Positions 51,233-63,112 of a stretch of 64,000 bases of DNA are shown piece after piece. The stretch is from Promethearchaeia archaeon. Lineage in GTDB: Archaea > Asgardarchaeota > Lokiarchaeia > Sigyniarchaeales > SOKP01. The translations under genes were made by a program, and so were the position numbers. Where the stretch lies: the NCBI GenBank assembly GCA_029856045.1, contig JAHQWG010000043.1:32001-96000 (forward strand). The letters are read 5' to 3'. The notes under the pieces are model-generated. The model was not told the origin of the DNA. It searched no databases and saw nothing but the letters and a program-made list of their open reading frames with translations. Every line of letters starts with the position of its first letter. Within the stretch, counting starts at the first letter, position 1.

Positions 51233-52387
51233 ATGCTGAAATTAAAAAGGATATTAGAGATTAAAACGGAACTTCTTTGTAAAGGAGTAAATCTTGATGA
51301 GAGATTTATAGATAAATATAAATCCAAAGGAATTCCTTTTAAAGAAGGAAGAAAAGGTGGAGCGGGTCCTTTAGGGGGGCGATATTTTGCATTTGATGAT
51401 AATAAGACTATTTTAAATGTTCCATTATGGCATAATAATAAAGAAACTAATTTTGTATTGAAAAATGAGAAGGATGGTTATTTTGAAATATTTGATAAAT
51501 CAAAAAATTCAGTTTTCGTTAAATTAAGATTAATTCCATATCCAAATTATTATAAAATAACCACAACAGACGATATTCTCATGGAAAAAATTGCTTTAAT
51601 ACATGGGCTTGATTGTCTAGCTACAACTATTTATCAGAGATGTTGTTATTGGGAAAATGGAAGTAAATGTCAATTTTGTGGTATCGAATTAAGTTTGGCA
51701 AGAGGTGATACTATAGAAGAAAAAACTTCAAAACAACTAATTGAAGTAATAAATGCAGTTAAGATTGAAGGAAAGTTTAAACATTTACTATTAACCACAG
51801 GAACCACATCATCAATTGATAAAGGTGTATTAAAATATATAAATATACTAGAAGATATTAAAAATAAGTTTCCAGATATTCCCATTCATGTTCAAATTGA
51901 AGCGGTGGATAATCTTGAGTATATAAGCATGTTGAAAGAAGCTGGAGCTGATACATTAGGAATTCATATTGAAATACTTGATGATTCTATTAGAAAAGTT
52001 ATATGCCCAGGTAAATCAAAAACTAGTTATGAAGTGTATGAAAAGAATTGGATTCATGCACTTGAAATTTTTGGAAAAGATCAAGTAGATTCTTTCATTT
52101 TAATAGGTTTTGGAGAACCTACAGAAGAATTCTGGAATAAACTTGAAAAAATGATTAAATTAGGCGTAATTCCACATATAACTCCTGTTAGACCAGTTCC
52201 ACAATCCAAATTTAAAGCACCGATTTGTAATCCTCTAATATTATTAAATATTTTTGAATACTCAGCCAAATTAATGAAAAAATTTAATGTAAATCCATTA
52301 AATAATAAGGCTGGTTGTGTAAGATGTGGAGCTTGTAGTGGAATTATAGAAGCATATCGCTTAATAACTGGAAATTACTGGAGTTAA
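51233..52387 (+). CDS. Radical SAM protein, MSMEG_0568-like
   Basis: RKGGAGP, LHGLDCLATT, Cx8CxxC (CCYWENGSKCQFC), C-terminal AGCVRCGACS. Confidence 0.8.
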   Translation: MLKLKRILEIKTELLCKGVNLDERFIDKYKSKGIPFKEGRKGGAGPLGGRYFAFDDNKTILNVPLWHNNKETNFVLKNEKDGYFEIFDKSKNSVFVKLRLIPYPNYYKITTTDDILMEKIALIHGLDCLATTIYQRCCYWENGSKCQFCGIELSLARGDTIEEKTSKQLIEVINAVKIEGKFKHLLLTTGTTSSIDKGVLKYINILEDIKNKFPDIPIHVQIEAVDNLEYISMLKEAGADTLGIHIEILDDSIRKVICPGKSKTSYEVYEKNWIHALEIFGKDQVDSFILIGFGEPTEEFWNKLEKMIKLGVIPHITPVRPVPQSKFKAPICNPLILLNIFEYSAKLMKKFNVNPLNNKAGCVRCGACSGIIEAYRLITGNYWS

Positions 52388-52509
52388 AATTTTTTAGATT
52401 TAATAAAGATATAATTTAAAATAAAGAATTTTTATTAGGAATTAATTAATTATAATTAAATAAGTTAGATTATAATTTATTTAAATATATTTATACAGAG
52501 TTAATCACT

Positions 52510-54180
52510 TTGACTGAACTTGATGATTTTTTAAAAGAATTAACAAAATGGGAAGAAAACATATTAGGAAAATCCATTAATGGTAAAGAAATGCGACAGA
52601 CGCAGTTTAAAAATTTATCAGATATTGACATAAAAGGACTTTTTACTCCATTAGATATAAAGGAAACGAAATATATAGAAAAATTAGGATTCCCTGGGCA
52701 ATTTCCTTTCACAAGAGGGGCATATCCATCAATGTATAGGGGTCAATTTTGGACGATGCGTCAATTTGCTGGTATGGGATCAGCAGAACAAACAAACAAA
52801 CGCTATAAATTCCTAATAGGGCATGGTCAAACGGGTTTAAGTGTAGCGTTTAGTTTGCATACGATATATGGGTATGAAGCAAGCGATAAAAGGGCATTGG
52901 GAGAGATTGGAAAAGAAGGTGTCGCAATTGATACCCTTAAAGATATGGAAATCCTTTTTGATGGTATAGATTTATCAAAGATATCTACTTCAATGACCAT
53001 AAATGCTCCAGCATCTATTTTACTTTCTATGTATATAGCTGTTGCAGGGAAGCAAGGTATTTCTCCAGAAAAATTAAGAGGAACAATTCAGAATGATATT
53101 TTAAAGGAATATATTGCGCAAAAATCGTGGGTTTTTCCTCCAGAACCTTCAATGAGACTTATTGTTGATACTATTGAATATTGTACAAAATATGTGCCAC
53201 AGTGGTATCCTATAAGTATTAGTGGGTATCATATTAGAGAAGCTGGTTCTACAGCAGTCCAAGAATTAGCATTCACCCTTGCAGATGGATTTGCTTATGT
53301 AGAAGCAGCAATAAAAAGGGGATTAAATATTGATGATTTTGCTCCGAGATTATCTTTTTTCTTTAATAGTCATAATAACTTTTTTGAGGAAATTTGTAAA
53401 TATAGAGCAGCACGTCGGATATGGGCAAAACATATGCGCAATAAATACAATGCAAAGAAAAAAGAGTCTATAAGATTAAGGTTTCATACTCAGACCGCAG
53501 GAGTTTCTTTAACCGCTCAGGAACCCGAAAATAATATAGTTAGAGTTACTTTACAAGGGTTAGCTGCAGTTTTGGGAGGAACACAATCACTTCATACAAA
53601 CTCATTTGATGAGGCTTTGTGCTTGCCTACAGAGAAAGCTGCTAAAATTGCATTAAGAACTCAACAAATAATTGCATATGAATCTGGTGTTGCAGATACA
53701 GTTGATCCTTTAGCTGGCTCATATTATATTGAATGGTTAACTGATAAAATGGAACAACAAGCTGAAGAATATTTTCGTAGGATTGAAGAATTGGGTGGTG
53801 TAATTCCCGCGATTCATAAAAACTTCTTTCAAACAGAAATTGCAAATGCAGCATATAAATACCAGCGAGAAATTGATTCTAATAAAAGATTTATTATTGG
53901 AGTTAATAAATTCCAATCAGAAAAATTTGAATTACCTGAATTATTAGCCATTGAAGAAGCTGTTTCTGAACACCAAATTAATAGGTTGAATGAAATCAAG
54001 AAAAACCGAGATAATGAAAAAGTAAATATATTATTAACTAAATTAAAAGAAGCTGCAAAAGGAACTGAAAATTTGATTCCTTATATTTTGGATGCTGTTA
54101 AAGAATATACATCTGTAGGAGAAATTATTGAATCACTAAAAGAAGTTTTTGGAGTTTATAGAGAGAAACAAATAATATAA
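52510..54180 (+). CDS. Acyl-CoA mutase large subunit, isobutyryl-CoA-mutase type
   Basis: PFTRG, RQFAG, QNDILKEYIAQ, SISGYHIREAG, HTQTAG. Confidence 0.88.
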   Translation: MTELDDFLKELTKWEENILGKSINGKEMRQTQFKNLSDIDIKGLFTPLDIKETKYIEKLGFPGQFPFTRGAYPSMYRGQFWTMRQFAGMGSAEQTNKRYKFLIGHGQTGLSVAFSLHTIYGYEASDKRALGEIGKEGVAIDTLKDMEILFDGIDLSKISTSMTINAPASILLSMYIAVAGKQGISPEKLRGTIQNDILKEYIAQKSWVFPPEPSMRLIVDTIEYCTKYVPQWYPISISGYHIREAGSTAVQELAFTLADGFAYVEAAIKRGLNIDDFAPRLSFFFNSHNNFFEEICKYRAARRIWAKHMRNKYNAKKKESIRLRFHTQTAGVSLTAQEPENNIVRVTLQGLAAVLGGTQSLHTNSFDEALCLPTEKAAKIALRTQQIIAYESGVADTVDPLAGSYYIEWLTDKMEQQAEEYFRRIEELGGVIPAIHKNFFQTEIANAAYKYQREIDSNKRFIIGVNKFQSEKFELPELLAIEEAVSEHQINRLNEIKKNRDNEKVNILLTKLKEAAKGTENLIPYILDAVKEYTSVGEIIESLKEVFGVYREKQII

Positions 54181-54212
54181 TAGAAGAAAAAAATATTAGA
54201 AATGATAAAAAA

Positions 54213-54614
54213 ATGAATAAAACCAGAAGAATTAAAATTATTGCTGCTAAACCTGGTCTGGATGGGCATGATAGAGGTATTAAAGTTGTAGCGCGCGCAT
54301 TACGAGATGCAGGAATGGAAGTAATTTATACAGGTTTACATCAAACTCCAGAAGATATTGTAAACGCTGTTATACAAGAAGATCCTGATGTTTTAGCTCT
54401 AAGTCTTTTATCTGGAGCGCATAATACTCTCTGTCCAATAATTATGGAAAAACTTCACGAAAAGAATATCGATGATGTTTTAGTTGTCGTTGGAGGAATA
54501 ATACCAAGAAAAGATACCTCATTTCTTCAAAAAAAAGGACTTACTGGCTTTTTTGGTCCTGGAACCCCCTTACAGATAATTGTTGATTTTATTAAGTCCA
54601 ATTTAAAGCGTTAA
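54213..54614 (+). CDS. Cobalamin-binding small subunit of acyl-CoA mutase
   Basis: KPGLDGHDRG (DxHxxG), SLLSGAH, GGIIP. Confidence 0.92.
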   Translation: MNKTRRIKIIAAKPGLDGHDRGIKVVARALRDAGMEVIYTGLHQTPEDIVNAVIQEDPDVLALSLLSGAHNTLCPIIMEKLHEKNIDDVLVVVGGIIPRKDTSFLQKKGLTGFFGPGTPLQIIVDFIKSNLKR

Positions 54615-54651
54615 AAAAAGTCAATTTATTTTAAATATTTTTATTCTAAAT

Positions 54652-54900
54652 TCATTTTTTCTTAGGTATTTTCCATTCTGAGAATATTTCACTAATGTAG
54701 AGAGCTTTTTTTTTACAAGAAGAGCATATTTCATCAGTTAATTTCTTAAAAACATGATCTCCCTCTTGAAATAATCTTTCATTTTTAACTTTACATGATT
54801 TGCATTTTATGATTGAATATTTACTCTCTTCCATCTTTTTTTTCCGAATTAAAGCATCTCCAAGTGATGGAATTTGGGGAAATTGTGGTTCGTCACTCAA
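54652..54900 (-). CDS. Small Zn-ribbon protein
   Basis: CKSC...RLFQEGDHVFK...CSSC. Confidence 0.65.
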   Translation of the reverse strand: MSDEPQFPQIPSLGDALIRKKKMEESKYSIIKCKSCKVKNERLFQEGDHVFKKLTDEICSSCKKKALYISEIFSEWKIPKKK

Positions 54901-54938
54901 ATTATATCCACTATTTTTATTTAATTAAATATAACATA

Positions 54939-55667
54939 TTAGTTATTATTTTTATTATTATTAATTTTTTCATTATTATTTTCATTTTGATGAATCTGAT
55001 TTTGTTCTTTTTTATCCTCTTTCTCTTTTTCCTTTTTATCTATATCTTGTTCAGGTTCTTTAGGAATTTTGGAAATAATAACTTTTGAATACCGTAAAAT
55101 GTCTTTTCTCATTTTCCAACCTGTTTGCAATATATCTACAATTGAATTTTCTGGTAAATCTGGATTTTCAATATGTGAAATAGCTTCATGTACTTTATAA
55201 TCATATAAATCTCCTTTAGAAGTCGGAATTTGTTCGACTTCATACCTTTTAAACTGATTTAATAATTGATTATATATTGATTTTATATCTTTAAAATTTA
55301 ATTCTTGGGAATTATTAATATGATCTATTGCGCTCTCAAATGAATCCATTATTCTTAAAAAATCTCTTAAAATTGAAGCTCTTTCAATACTTTGAATATG
55401 TATTCTATTTTTTTCCATTCGCTTTTGATAATTTTCAAAATCAGCCTGGATTAGCATAAATTTTTTTTTCCATTCTTCTATTACTTTATCTTTTTCTTTT
55501 AATTTCGTATCTAATTTTGATTTTAATTCTTCAATAGTTTCTTGCGGAGTTTTTTCTTTTGAAGATTTTGTATCGACAGATTTTTCTCCCACTTCTGTGG
55601 TCTTTTCCGCATTTTTTTTCTTTTTTAATGTATTATCTGGTGAAATATTGTCTTCCTTTGGTTTCAT
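54939..55667 (-). CDS. grpE: Nucleotide exchange factor GrpE
   Basis: QADFENYQKR, YDYKVHEAI, QTGW...LRYSKV. Confidence 0.9.
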   Translation of the reverse strand: MKPKEDNISPDNTLKKKKNAEKTTEVGEKSVDTKSSKEKTPQETIEELKSKLDTKLKEKDKVIEEWKKKFMLIQADFENYQKRMEKNRIHIQSIERASILRDFLRIMDSFESAIDHINNSQELNFKDIKSIYNQLLNQFKRYEVEQIPTSKGDLYDYKVHEAISHIENPDLPENSIVDILQTGWKMRKDILRYSKVIISKIPKEPEQDIDKKEKEKEDKKEQNQIHQNENNNEKINNNKNNN

Positions 55668-56032
55668 TTAATAATCATTTCAAATTTTTGAATTAGATAT
55701 TATTCTTAAAGACCCATTATTTCAATTTAATAGATCTTTAATTTAATAATATAAAATAATGTTTTAATTTTTATTGTTTTCTGGATTTTTAATCGTGAAA
55801 TTATTGAATTTTTATATGCAATTCATAAGACATGGAAGAATATTTCCTTATACTATTAACGATATTAATAATTAAAGTATCCACTTAAAGAAGTTTTATT
55901 TTGACATTGAGATCATTTAAATATAAATCTAAAAATTTATAATTTTTATTTACTACTTAATTCATAAATTGTTAATCTTAATGGTTTTTATAATTAAATA
56001 AAATATAATGATTATAAAACTCCAAATTAAAG

Positions 56033-58039
56033 TTGAGATTTATGAGCGATACAGAAAGCAAAGAAAAGCCTAAAAGGAAAGAATTAATTGTTGGGATTGA
56101 TTTAGGGACATCAAATAGTGCATGTGCTTATCTAACACCAACAGGAAAGCCAGAAATAATACCAGCTGTTGAAGGGCGAACTTTAGGAGGTAAAGCTTTT
56201 CCATCTTATGTAGCTTTTACCGAAGATGGTCAAAAAATAGTTGGGGAACCTGCTAGACGCCAGGCAGTTTCCAATCCGGATGGAACGATTACTGCAATTA
56301 AGCGTAAAATGGGTACAAAATATAAAGCAAAACTTAAAGTAGGAACTGAGAGTAAGGAATTTACACCAGAAGAAATTTCAGCGATGATACTAACTAAAAT
56401 TAAAAACGACGCCTCAAAATATCTTGGTCAAAGTGTCAAAAAAGCAGTTATCACAGTTCCAGCATATTTTAATGATGCTCAAAGAACTGCGACAAAAAAT
56501 GCTGGCCAAATTGCAGGATTAGAAGTTGTAAGAATGATCAATGAACCGACTGCTGCTTGTTTAGCTTATGGATTAGATAAAATCAGCGGAAAACTTTTAA
56601 AAATTTGTGTATTAGATTTAGGTGGTGGAACATTTGATGTAACTATTATGGAATTTGGAGAAGGTGTGGTTGAGGTATTATCTACTGCTGGAGATACTCA
56701 ACTTGGTGGAACAGATATGGATAATGCCATTGTTGATTGGATTGTTGAAGAAGTTAGGAATAGACACGGAGTCGATGTAAGAAATGATAGTAAAGCTATA
56801 ATAAGGATAAGAGATGCTGGCGAAAAAGCCAAAATAGAATTATCAACTACATTATCAACAAAAATAAACCTTCCATATCTTTCTCAAAAAGAAGGTGAAC
56901 CATTTCATTTAGAGATGGATTTTAGTCGAGCTAAACTAGAAAGTTTGATTGAACCCACTCTTAAAAGACTTGATCCAATAATGCGAAGATCTATTTCAGA
57001 TGCGAAGCTCTCTGTGGGAGAAATTGAAAAAATACTTCTTGTTGGTGGCCCTACTAGAATGCCATGTGTTCAAGAACGATTTAAAAAATTTTTTAAAAAA
57101 AATCCAGAACTTTCTGTTGATCCAATGGAATGTGTTGCAACAGGAGCTGCAATTCAAGGAGGTATAATTGCAGGTGATATTGGGGATTTATTATTGTTGG
57201 ATGTTACGCCTTTATCATTAGGTGTAGAAACATTAGGTGAAGTTTTTACAAAAATAATTGAAAGAAACACTACAATTCCAACCGAGAAAAGTCAAATCTT
57301 TAGTACTGCAGCAAATAATCAACCAGCAGTTACTATCAATGTTCTACAAGGTGAAAGAGCCATGGCTAAAGATAATATAACGCTTGGCCAATTTCATTTA
57401 ACAGGTATTCCTCCTGCTCCAAGAGGAATTCCACAAATTGAAGTTACCTTTTCAATTGATGCAGACGGAATAGTAAATGTAAAAGCAAAAGATTTAGGGA
57501 CAAGAAAGGAAACAGGAATTACTATAACAGGCGCACATGGACTTAATGAAGTGGAAATAAATCAAAAAATTGAAGATGCTAAAAAATATGAAGAAAAAGA
57601 TAAAGAAATTATGGAAATGGTACAAACAAAAAATCAAGCCGATGCATTAATTTTTAGCACGGAAAAAATGATGGAAGAATATAAAGATCAACTTCAAGAA
57701 GATGAGAAGAAAAATATAGAAGCAGCCATTAAAGATCTACAAGAAGATATTAAATCAGATGATGTGCAGAGAATAAAAGAAGGAATGGATAAGTTACAAA
57801 AATCAATGTATGGATTTTCTCAACGTATTTATACCCAACAAGCTCAGCAAGATCAATATCAACAAGCAGCTGATCAAGCTCAAAAAGCCGCACAAGGATT
57901 TCCTGGAGGGGTTCAAGCTGAACCTCAAGATGTAGGAGCTGGTGGTGCTAAATATACAAAAAAAGCTGAAGATGAAAAGAAAGAAGATAAAAAGAAAGTC
58001 GTAGATGTTGAATGGGACGAAGAAGACGAAGATAAATGA
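56033..58039 (+). CDS. dnaK: Chaperone DnaK (Hsp70)
   Basis: [44 protein letters not shown]. Confidence 0.97.
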   Translation: MRFMSDTESKEKPKRKELIVGIDLGTSNSACAYLTPTGKPEIIPAVEGRTLGGKAFPSYVAFTEDGQKIVGEPARRQAVSNPDGTITAIKRKMGTKYKAKLKVGTESKEFTPEEISAMILTKIKNDASKYLGQSVKKAVITVPAYFNDAQRTATKNAGQIAGLEVVRMINEPTAACLAYGLDKISGKLLKICVLDLGGGTFDVTIMEFGEGVVEVLSTAGDTQLGGTDMDNAIVDWIVEEVRNRHGVDVRNDSKAIIRIRDAGEKAKIELSTTLSTKINLPYLSQKEGEPFHLEMDFSRAKLESLIEPTLKRLDPIMRRSISDAKLSVGEIEKILLVGGPTRMPCVQERFKKFFKKNPELSVDPMECVATGAAIQGGIIAGDIGDLLLLDVTPLSLGVETLGEVFTKIIERNTTIPTEKSQIFSTAANNQPAVTINVLQGERAMAKDNITLGQFHLTGIPPAPRGIPQIEVTFSIDADGIVNVKAKDLGTRKETGITITGAHGLNEVEINQKIEDAKKYEEKDKEIMEMVQTKNQADALIFSTEKMMEEYKDQLQEDEKKNIEAAIKDLQEDIKSDDVQRIKEGMDKLQKSMYGFSQRIYTQQAQQDQYQQAADQAQKAAQGFPGGVQAEPQDVGAGGAKYTKKAEDEKKEDKKKVVDVEWDEEDEDK

Positions 58040-58418
58040 TTTTCATTATTATATAAAGGGCGCAAAAAATTCACCTCTAAGAATTTAGGAGGGTTATCAT
58101 TATCATCATTATTATGGTTCTTGTCCAATACGTCATAATGATTTCCTTGTATTTACCCCATACTGATAGATATCCGATTTGAACTAATAAATATAGAAAG
58201 ATTATCAATTTAGTATATATTTTAATTAAAATTTTCATCGCATTTCATATCTATATCTGTAATAGTTTACTTTATTGTACATTTTTTAATTTCCATTTGA
58301 TGAACATTTCTATTAGAAAATGATTTTTAGTTAAGTTTATAATAATTGATAATAAAAATATTTAAAAATTTTAAAAAACAAAAAGTTACGGTTAATATTT
58401 AAAAATAGGTGAAAAACA

Positions 58419-59873
58419 ATGAAAGAAAATGAAAAAAAAGAAGTAAAAAAATTAACCACACAGGCAGGTCGTCCTGTCCCAGATAATCAGAATTCACTTT
58501 CTGCTGGTGAGAGAGGACCTCTTTTATTGCAGGATGTCTATCTTTTAGAAAAATTAGCACATTTTAATAGAGAACGTACACCAGAACGAATAGTTCACGC
58601 TAAAGGAGCTGGAGCCTACGGTACTTTTACTGTAACTCATGATATTTCAAAATATACTAAAGCAAAAATCTTTTCAAAAGTTGGAAAAAAAACAGAGATG
58701 TTTGCTAGATTTTCAACAGTAGCTGGTGAAAGAGGCTCTGCTGATACGGTTAGAGATGTGAGAGGTTTTGCATTAAAATTTTACACGGAAGAAGGTAATT
58801 GGGATTTAGTTGGCAACAATACTCCCGTATTTTTTGTGAGAGACCCCATAAAATTCAGTGATTTCATCCATACTCAAAAACGTGAGCCTCATACAAACCT
58901 TCGATCCCAAACCATGTGGTGGGATTTTTGGTCTTTAGTTCCAGAATCATTGCATCAAGTAACTATCCTTTTTTCTGATCGCGGTATACCAAGAGGTTTT
59001 CCACACATGAATGGTTACGGAAGCCATACGTATAGTTTTATAAACGCTAATGATGAACGTTTTTGGGTGAAGTTTCATTTTAAAACCATGCAAGGAATTA
59101 AAAATTTTATGCAAGAAGAGGCTGATAGAATTGCTGGTACCGATCCTGATTGGGGCACCCGTGATCTTTATGAAAGAATTGAAAGGGGAGAATATCCAAA
59201 ATGGGAATTATCCATTCAAATAATGCCTGAACTTGAAGCTGAATCTTATCGATGGAATCCGTTTGATTTAACTAAGGTATGGCCTCATGGAGATTATCCT
59301 TTAATTAAAGTAGGAATAATGGAATTTAACCGAAATCCCTCAAACTATTTTGCAGAAGTAGAACAAGCAGCTTTTGATCCCTCTAATAGAGTTCCCGGCA
59401 TTTCTTTTTCACCAGATAAAATGTTACAAGCTAGAACTTTTTCTTACGCTGACGCACATCGATATCGACTTGGCGTTAATTATCAAAGTCTACCTGTAAA
59501 TAGACCAAAAAACGCTAATATATCCAATTATCATCGTGATGGTTTCATGCGGTTTGATGGTAATTTTGGAGGTTCTGTTAATTATGAACCAAATAGTTTT
59601 GGTGGACCTACAGAGAACCCAGCATTTAAAGAACCACCATTAAAAATTTCTGGTGATGCAGATGCATATGACCAACCTACAACTGATGATGATTTTGTTC
59701 AACCAGGAAATTTATACAGATTACTACCATCTGATGAACAGGAAAGACTTATTCAGAATCTTGTGAATAGTTTAAAAACTGTGCCAAAATTTATACAAGA
59801 AAGGATGCTCAAGCATTTTTTTAAAGCTGATCAAACTTGGGGTGAAAGGGTTAAAAAAGGATTGAATTTGTAG
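58419..59873 (+). CDS. Monofunctional heme catalase (small subunit)
   Basis: [33 protein letters not shown]. Confidence 0.96.
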   Translation: MKENEKKEVKKLTTQAGRPVPDNQNSLSAGERGPLLLQDVYLLEKLAHFNRERTPERIVHAKGAGAYGTFTVTHDISKYTKAKIFSKVGKKTEMFARFSTVAGERGSADTVRDVRGFALKFYTEEGNWDLVGNNTPVFFVRDPIKFSDFIHTQKREPHTNLRSQTMWWDFWSLVPESLHQVTILFSDRGIPRGFPHMNGYGSHTYSFINANDERFWVKFHFKTMQGIKNFMQEEADRIAGTDPDWGTRDLYERIERGEYPKWELSIQIMPELEAESYRWNPFDLTKVWPHGDYPLIKVGIMEFNRNPSNYFAEVEQAAFDPSNRVPGISFSPDKMLQARTFSYADAHRYRLGVNYQSLPVNRPKNANISNYHRDGFMRFDGNFGGSVNYEPNSFGGPTENPAFKEPPLKISGDADAYDQPTTDDDFVQPGNLYRLLPSDEQERLIQNLVNSLKTVPKFIQERMLKHFFKADQTWGERVKKGLNL

Positions 59874-59958
59874 AATTTTTTTTTTCCCCCCCTTTTTTTT
59901 TTTTACTCTTATATTTCTTTGAATTAGAATAAAAAATATAAATAGATACAGGAGAAAA

Positions 59959-60384
59959 ATGTCCGAAAAGGTAGAAGAATTAGATAAAAGCGATTTTAAT
60001 AAAGAAATATTAGTCCAAAATAAATTTAAAAGGAAATTATACTTCATCGCTGGTTCAAGCTGCTTAATTTTTGGATTTATTGGAATTTTTTTTCCAATTC
60101 TCCCGACGACTCCCTTTTTACTTCTGGCGGCTGCTTGTTATGCAAGAAGTTCAGAAAGTGCTTATAATTGGCTTTTAAATCATAAGATTTTCGGTAAATA
60201 CATTAGAGATTATCGAGATGGTAAAGGATTGCCACTTAAAGTAAAAATAATTACAATTACTCTTTTATGGATAACAATTCTGATCTCATTAATATTTATA
60301 AAAATTTTTTGGGTTCAGATCATATTAATCATAATTGCGATTATAGTTTCAATACATGTGGCTTTAATTAGACCAAAAAAATAA
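59959..60384 (+). CDS. YbaN/DUF454 membrane protein
   Basis: GIFFPILPTTPFLLLAAACYARSS. Confidence 0.9.
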   Translation: MSEKVEELDKSDFNKEILVQNKFKRKLYFIAGSSCLIFGFIGIFFPILPTTPFLLLAAACYARSSESAYNWLLNHKIFGKYIRDYRDGKGLPLKVKIITITLLWITILISLIFIKIFWVQIILIIIAIIVSIHVALIRPKK

Positions 60385-60632
60385 TAAAGATTAGTTTTTC
60401 CAAAACTTTAAAGGTTTTTTTTTGAACATTTTAATTTATTTTATTTTGAATTATAATTTTAAAAAATATTTTAATAATTATTGTTATTTACAAAAATAAA
60501 ATTAAGTAAAATGAAAATAATAATAATTATCCTTTTACTAAACTAATAAAAGTAATAAGTTTTATTTCTTTACTAGATAAATAACAAATAACTTAATCGA
60601 ATAAGTTAAAAAAGCGATCATTTACTACTAAA

Positions 60633-61760
60633 ATGAGTTCCAGAAAGAAAAAAAGAGATTATTATGATGTTTTGGGGATTAGCAAAGAGGCATCAGAAAA
60701 TGATATAAAACTATCTTATAGAAGACTTGCTAAAAAATATCATCCTGATTTAAATAAGACGGATCCTAGTGCTGTAGAGAAATTTAAAGAAGTTCAAGAA
60801 GCATATGAAGTGTTATCAGATCCTCAAAAAAGAAACCAATATGATAGATTTGGGTTCGATGGTGTAAGTATAAACGTAGATGAAATTTTTTCTGGGGGAA
60901 TTCCAGGAATTGACGAAATTTTTCGAAGTTTTTTTGGAGATGATTTTGGATTTGGAGGTTTTGGAAGTTTTGGAAGGAGAGGAAGAACAAGAGCATATCA
61001 AAAGAGAAGGGTAAGAGGTGGAGATATAGAAGATTCTATAGATATAACTTTCGAAGAATCAATATTTGGAAAAAAGAAAGAAATTACAATAGAAAGAATG
61101 GTTCCATGTGATGAATGTGAGGGAACTGGAGCAGAATCCCCTTCCAATGTTAAGGATTGCCCTCAATGTGGTGGAAGTGGGCAAATGACTTATAGAAGGC
61201 AAACTATAATGGGTACAATAATCCAGCAAGCAACTTGTTCAAAATGTGGTGGTGAAGGAAAAATCATCACAAAAAAATGTAAAGTTTGTAAAGGAGAAAA
61301 AGTTTTACCAGAATCTAAAAAAATAAAAATAACATTACCACCTGGAGTAGAGAATGGCATTCATTTAAAAGTTCAGGGAGCAGGGCATATTCCAACTCGA
61401 GATGCAATTCCAGGAGAACTCTATATTAAAATCAATGTAAAGGAGGAGAATACATTTTATAAAAGAAATGACGATATTTATTCAGATGTAAAAGTTGATT
61501 TTATAACAGCAATTTTGGGAGATAAAATAAAAGTAAAAACATTTGATCATAAAAATAAGAATATAATTGAAGAAGATCTACGTATACCACCTGGAACACA
61601 ATCTAATACCGAATTTCGATTTAAAAAAAGGGGTGTTCCACATTTATATGATAGAGATCGTGGTGACCATTATATTCGAATAATCGTCGAGATTCCAAGA
61701 GTTATTTCTGAAAAACAAAAACAATTGCTCCAGAAATACAAAGAATTTGAGAAAAATTAA
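60633..61760 (+). CDS. dnaJ: Chaperone DnaJ
   Basis: J domain HPD, G/F region, four CxxCxGxG-type motifs. Confidence 0.96.
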   Translation: MSSRKKKRDYYDVLGISKEASENDIKLSYRRLAKKYHPDLNKTDPSAVEKFKEVQEAYEVLSDPQKRNQYDRFGFDGVSINVDEIFSGGIPGIDEIFRSFFGDDFGFGGFGSFGRRGRTRAYQKRRVRGGDIEDSIDITFEESIFGKKKEITIERMVPCDECEGTGAESPSNVKDCPQCGGSGQMTYRRQTIMGTIIQQATCSKCGGEGKIITKKCKVCKGEKVLPESKKIKITLPPGVENGIHLKVQGAGHIPTRDAIPGELYIKINVKEENTFYKRNDDIYSDVKVDFITAILGDKIKVKTFDHKNKNIIEEDLRIPPGTQSNTEFRFKKRGVPHLYDRDRGDHYIRIIVEIPRVISEKQKQLLQKYKEFEKN

Positions 61761-61921
61761 TAATTAAAAAATTAAAATAATTTCATTTCAATACTAATTT
61801 TTCATATAATAATTAGAATTTAATACATAAACAAATAATACATGTTAGAACTATTCAATAAAATAGTTATAGAAAAAATATTAGAAATATAAAGATTATC
61901 TGTCTATTTTGTGGCTAATAA

Positions 61922-62917
61922 ATGGTTAAAAAAATAAAAAAAGTTGAAATTTTTATTGGCACTGATAATCTTGTTGATTATCATGTACCTATTGATAAAG
62001 AAATCATGGAATTACCCAGAATAAAAGGAGCTAATTTAGTAGGAGAACATGGACTAGCTTTTTTTATTAATATTTATTACGACAATGAAAAATATATTTT
62101 ATTATTTGATACAGGTTCGATAAACTGTACAGTATTAAATAATTTTACTCAATTAAATCTTAATATCAATGAGATAAATGCTATTGCCATATCTCATGGA
62201 CATTACGATCATACTGGGTGTTTAATAAAAATTTTAGAAGAAATTTCTGATTCTCAAAATCTTCAATTATATATACATCCAGATGCATTCTGTGAAAGAT
62301 TTTTTAATCGAAATAAAGAAAATACTAAAAATAAATTATTGGGTAAGACAAGAAAAGAGATTAAAAGTCTTGAAGGTATTTTTTATCCTCAGAGAGTTGA
62401 TTACAATTCAATTCTTAAATATATAAAAAAAGATAATCTTCATCTGACTGATATTACAACGGAAATTTTCCCAAATGTTCATGTTACGGGTGAAATCCCA
62501 AGAATTAATAATATTGAAATGGTTTCAGGTTTTTATTATTGGAAATCCTCAGAAAGAGAAGAATTTACGGAAGATGATGAAATTCTTGATGATCAAACGA
62601 TTTTTATTGATTTGGGACAAGATAAAGGCTTAATAATAATTCTTGGTTGTACTCATTCGGGATTAATAAATACTATAAATTTTATAAAAAACCAGTTTGA
62701 GAGAAAAATCTCTTGCATCATTGGAGGGATGCATTTAGTAAACGCTAGTGAAAAAAGGATAAATGAAACAATAGCCTATCTAAAAAAATTACAAATTGAA
62801 AACCCTAAATTAGTAATTGTTCCCTTGCACTGTTCTGGTATAAAATTTAAAGATAAATTGAAGTTAGAATTAAGAAATGTTTATGATTTAGGTGTTGGAA
62901 CTAAATTAACATTTTAA
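61922..62917 (+). CDS. MBL-fold hydrolase (COG1237-like)
   Basis: GEHG, FDTG, SHGHYDH, DDQ, GCTHSG, GGMHL, HCSG. Confidence 0.85.
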   Translation: MVKKIKKVEIFIGTDNLVDYHVPIDKEIMELPRIKGANLVGEHGLAFFINIYYDNEKYILLFDTGSINCTVLNNFTQLNLNINEINAIAISHGHYDHTGCLIKILEEISDSQNLQLYIHPDAFCERFFNRNKENTKNKLLGKTRKEIKSLEGIFYPQRVDYNSILKYIKKDNLHLTDITTEIFPNVHVTGEIPRINNIEMVSGFYYWKSSEREEFTEDDEILDDQTIFIDLGQDKGLIIILGCTHSGLINTINFIKNQFERKISCIIGGMHLVNASEKRINETIAYLKKLQIENPKLVIVPLHCSGIKFKDKLKLELRNVYDLGVGTKLTF

Positions 62918-63112
62918 TCTTTAAATTAAAATAACCTAGAGTTTAATCTATTAAAAATTTCTAAAATTTTTTAAATTACATTGATTTTTATAACTTAACT
63001 CAATTTCAGTTTGAAATGAGAACAAATAATTGACGTTACTTATAGCTATTATCGTTTTAAAGCAAAAAACATCTAAATTAACTAAAATGAGTAAATATCA
63101 ATGGTGTGTTGA

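Noticed and set aside
58077-58238. 53-codon hydrophobic ORF on the minus strand after dnaK
   Set aside because: No recognisable motif or SD; such ORFs arise readily in AT-rich DNA
59875-59904. T/C homopolymer tract after catalase as a special repeat
   Set aside because: Consistent with an ordinary archaeal oligo-T terminator region
339-61001. Short ORF-track entries antisense to or overlapping well-supported genes (e.g. 339..539, 3352..3579, 15327..15758, 25352..25645, 43709..43990, 57925..58128, 60816..61001)
   Set aside because: Shadow ORFs with no motifs
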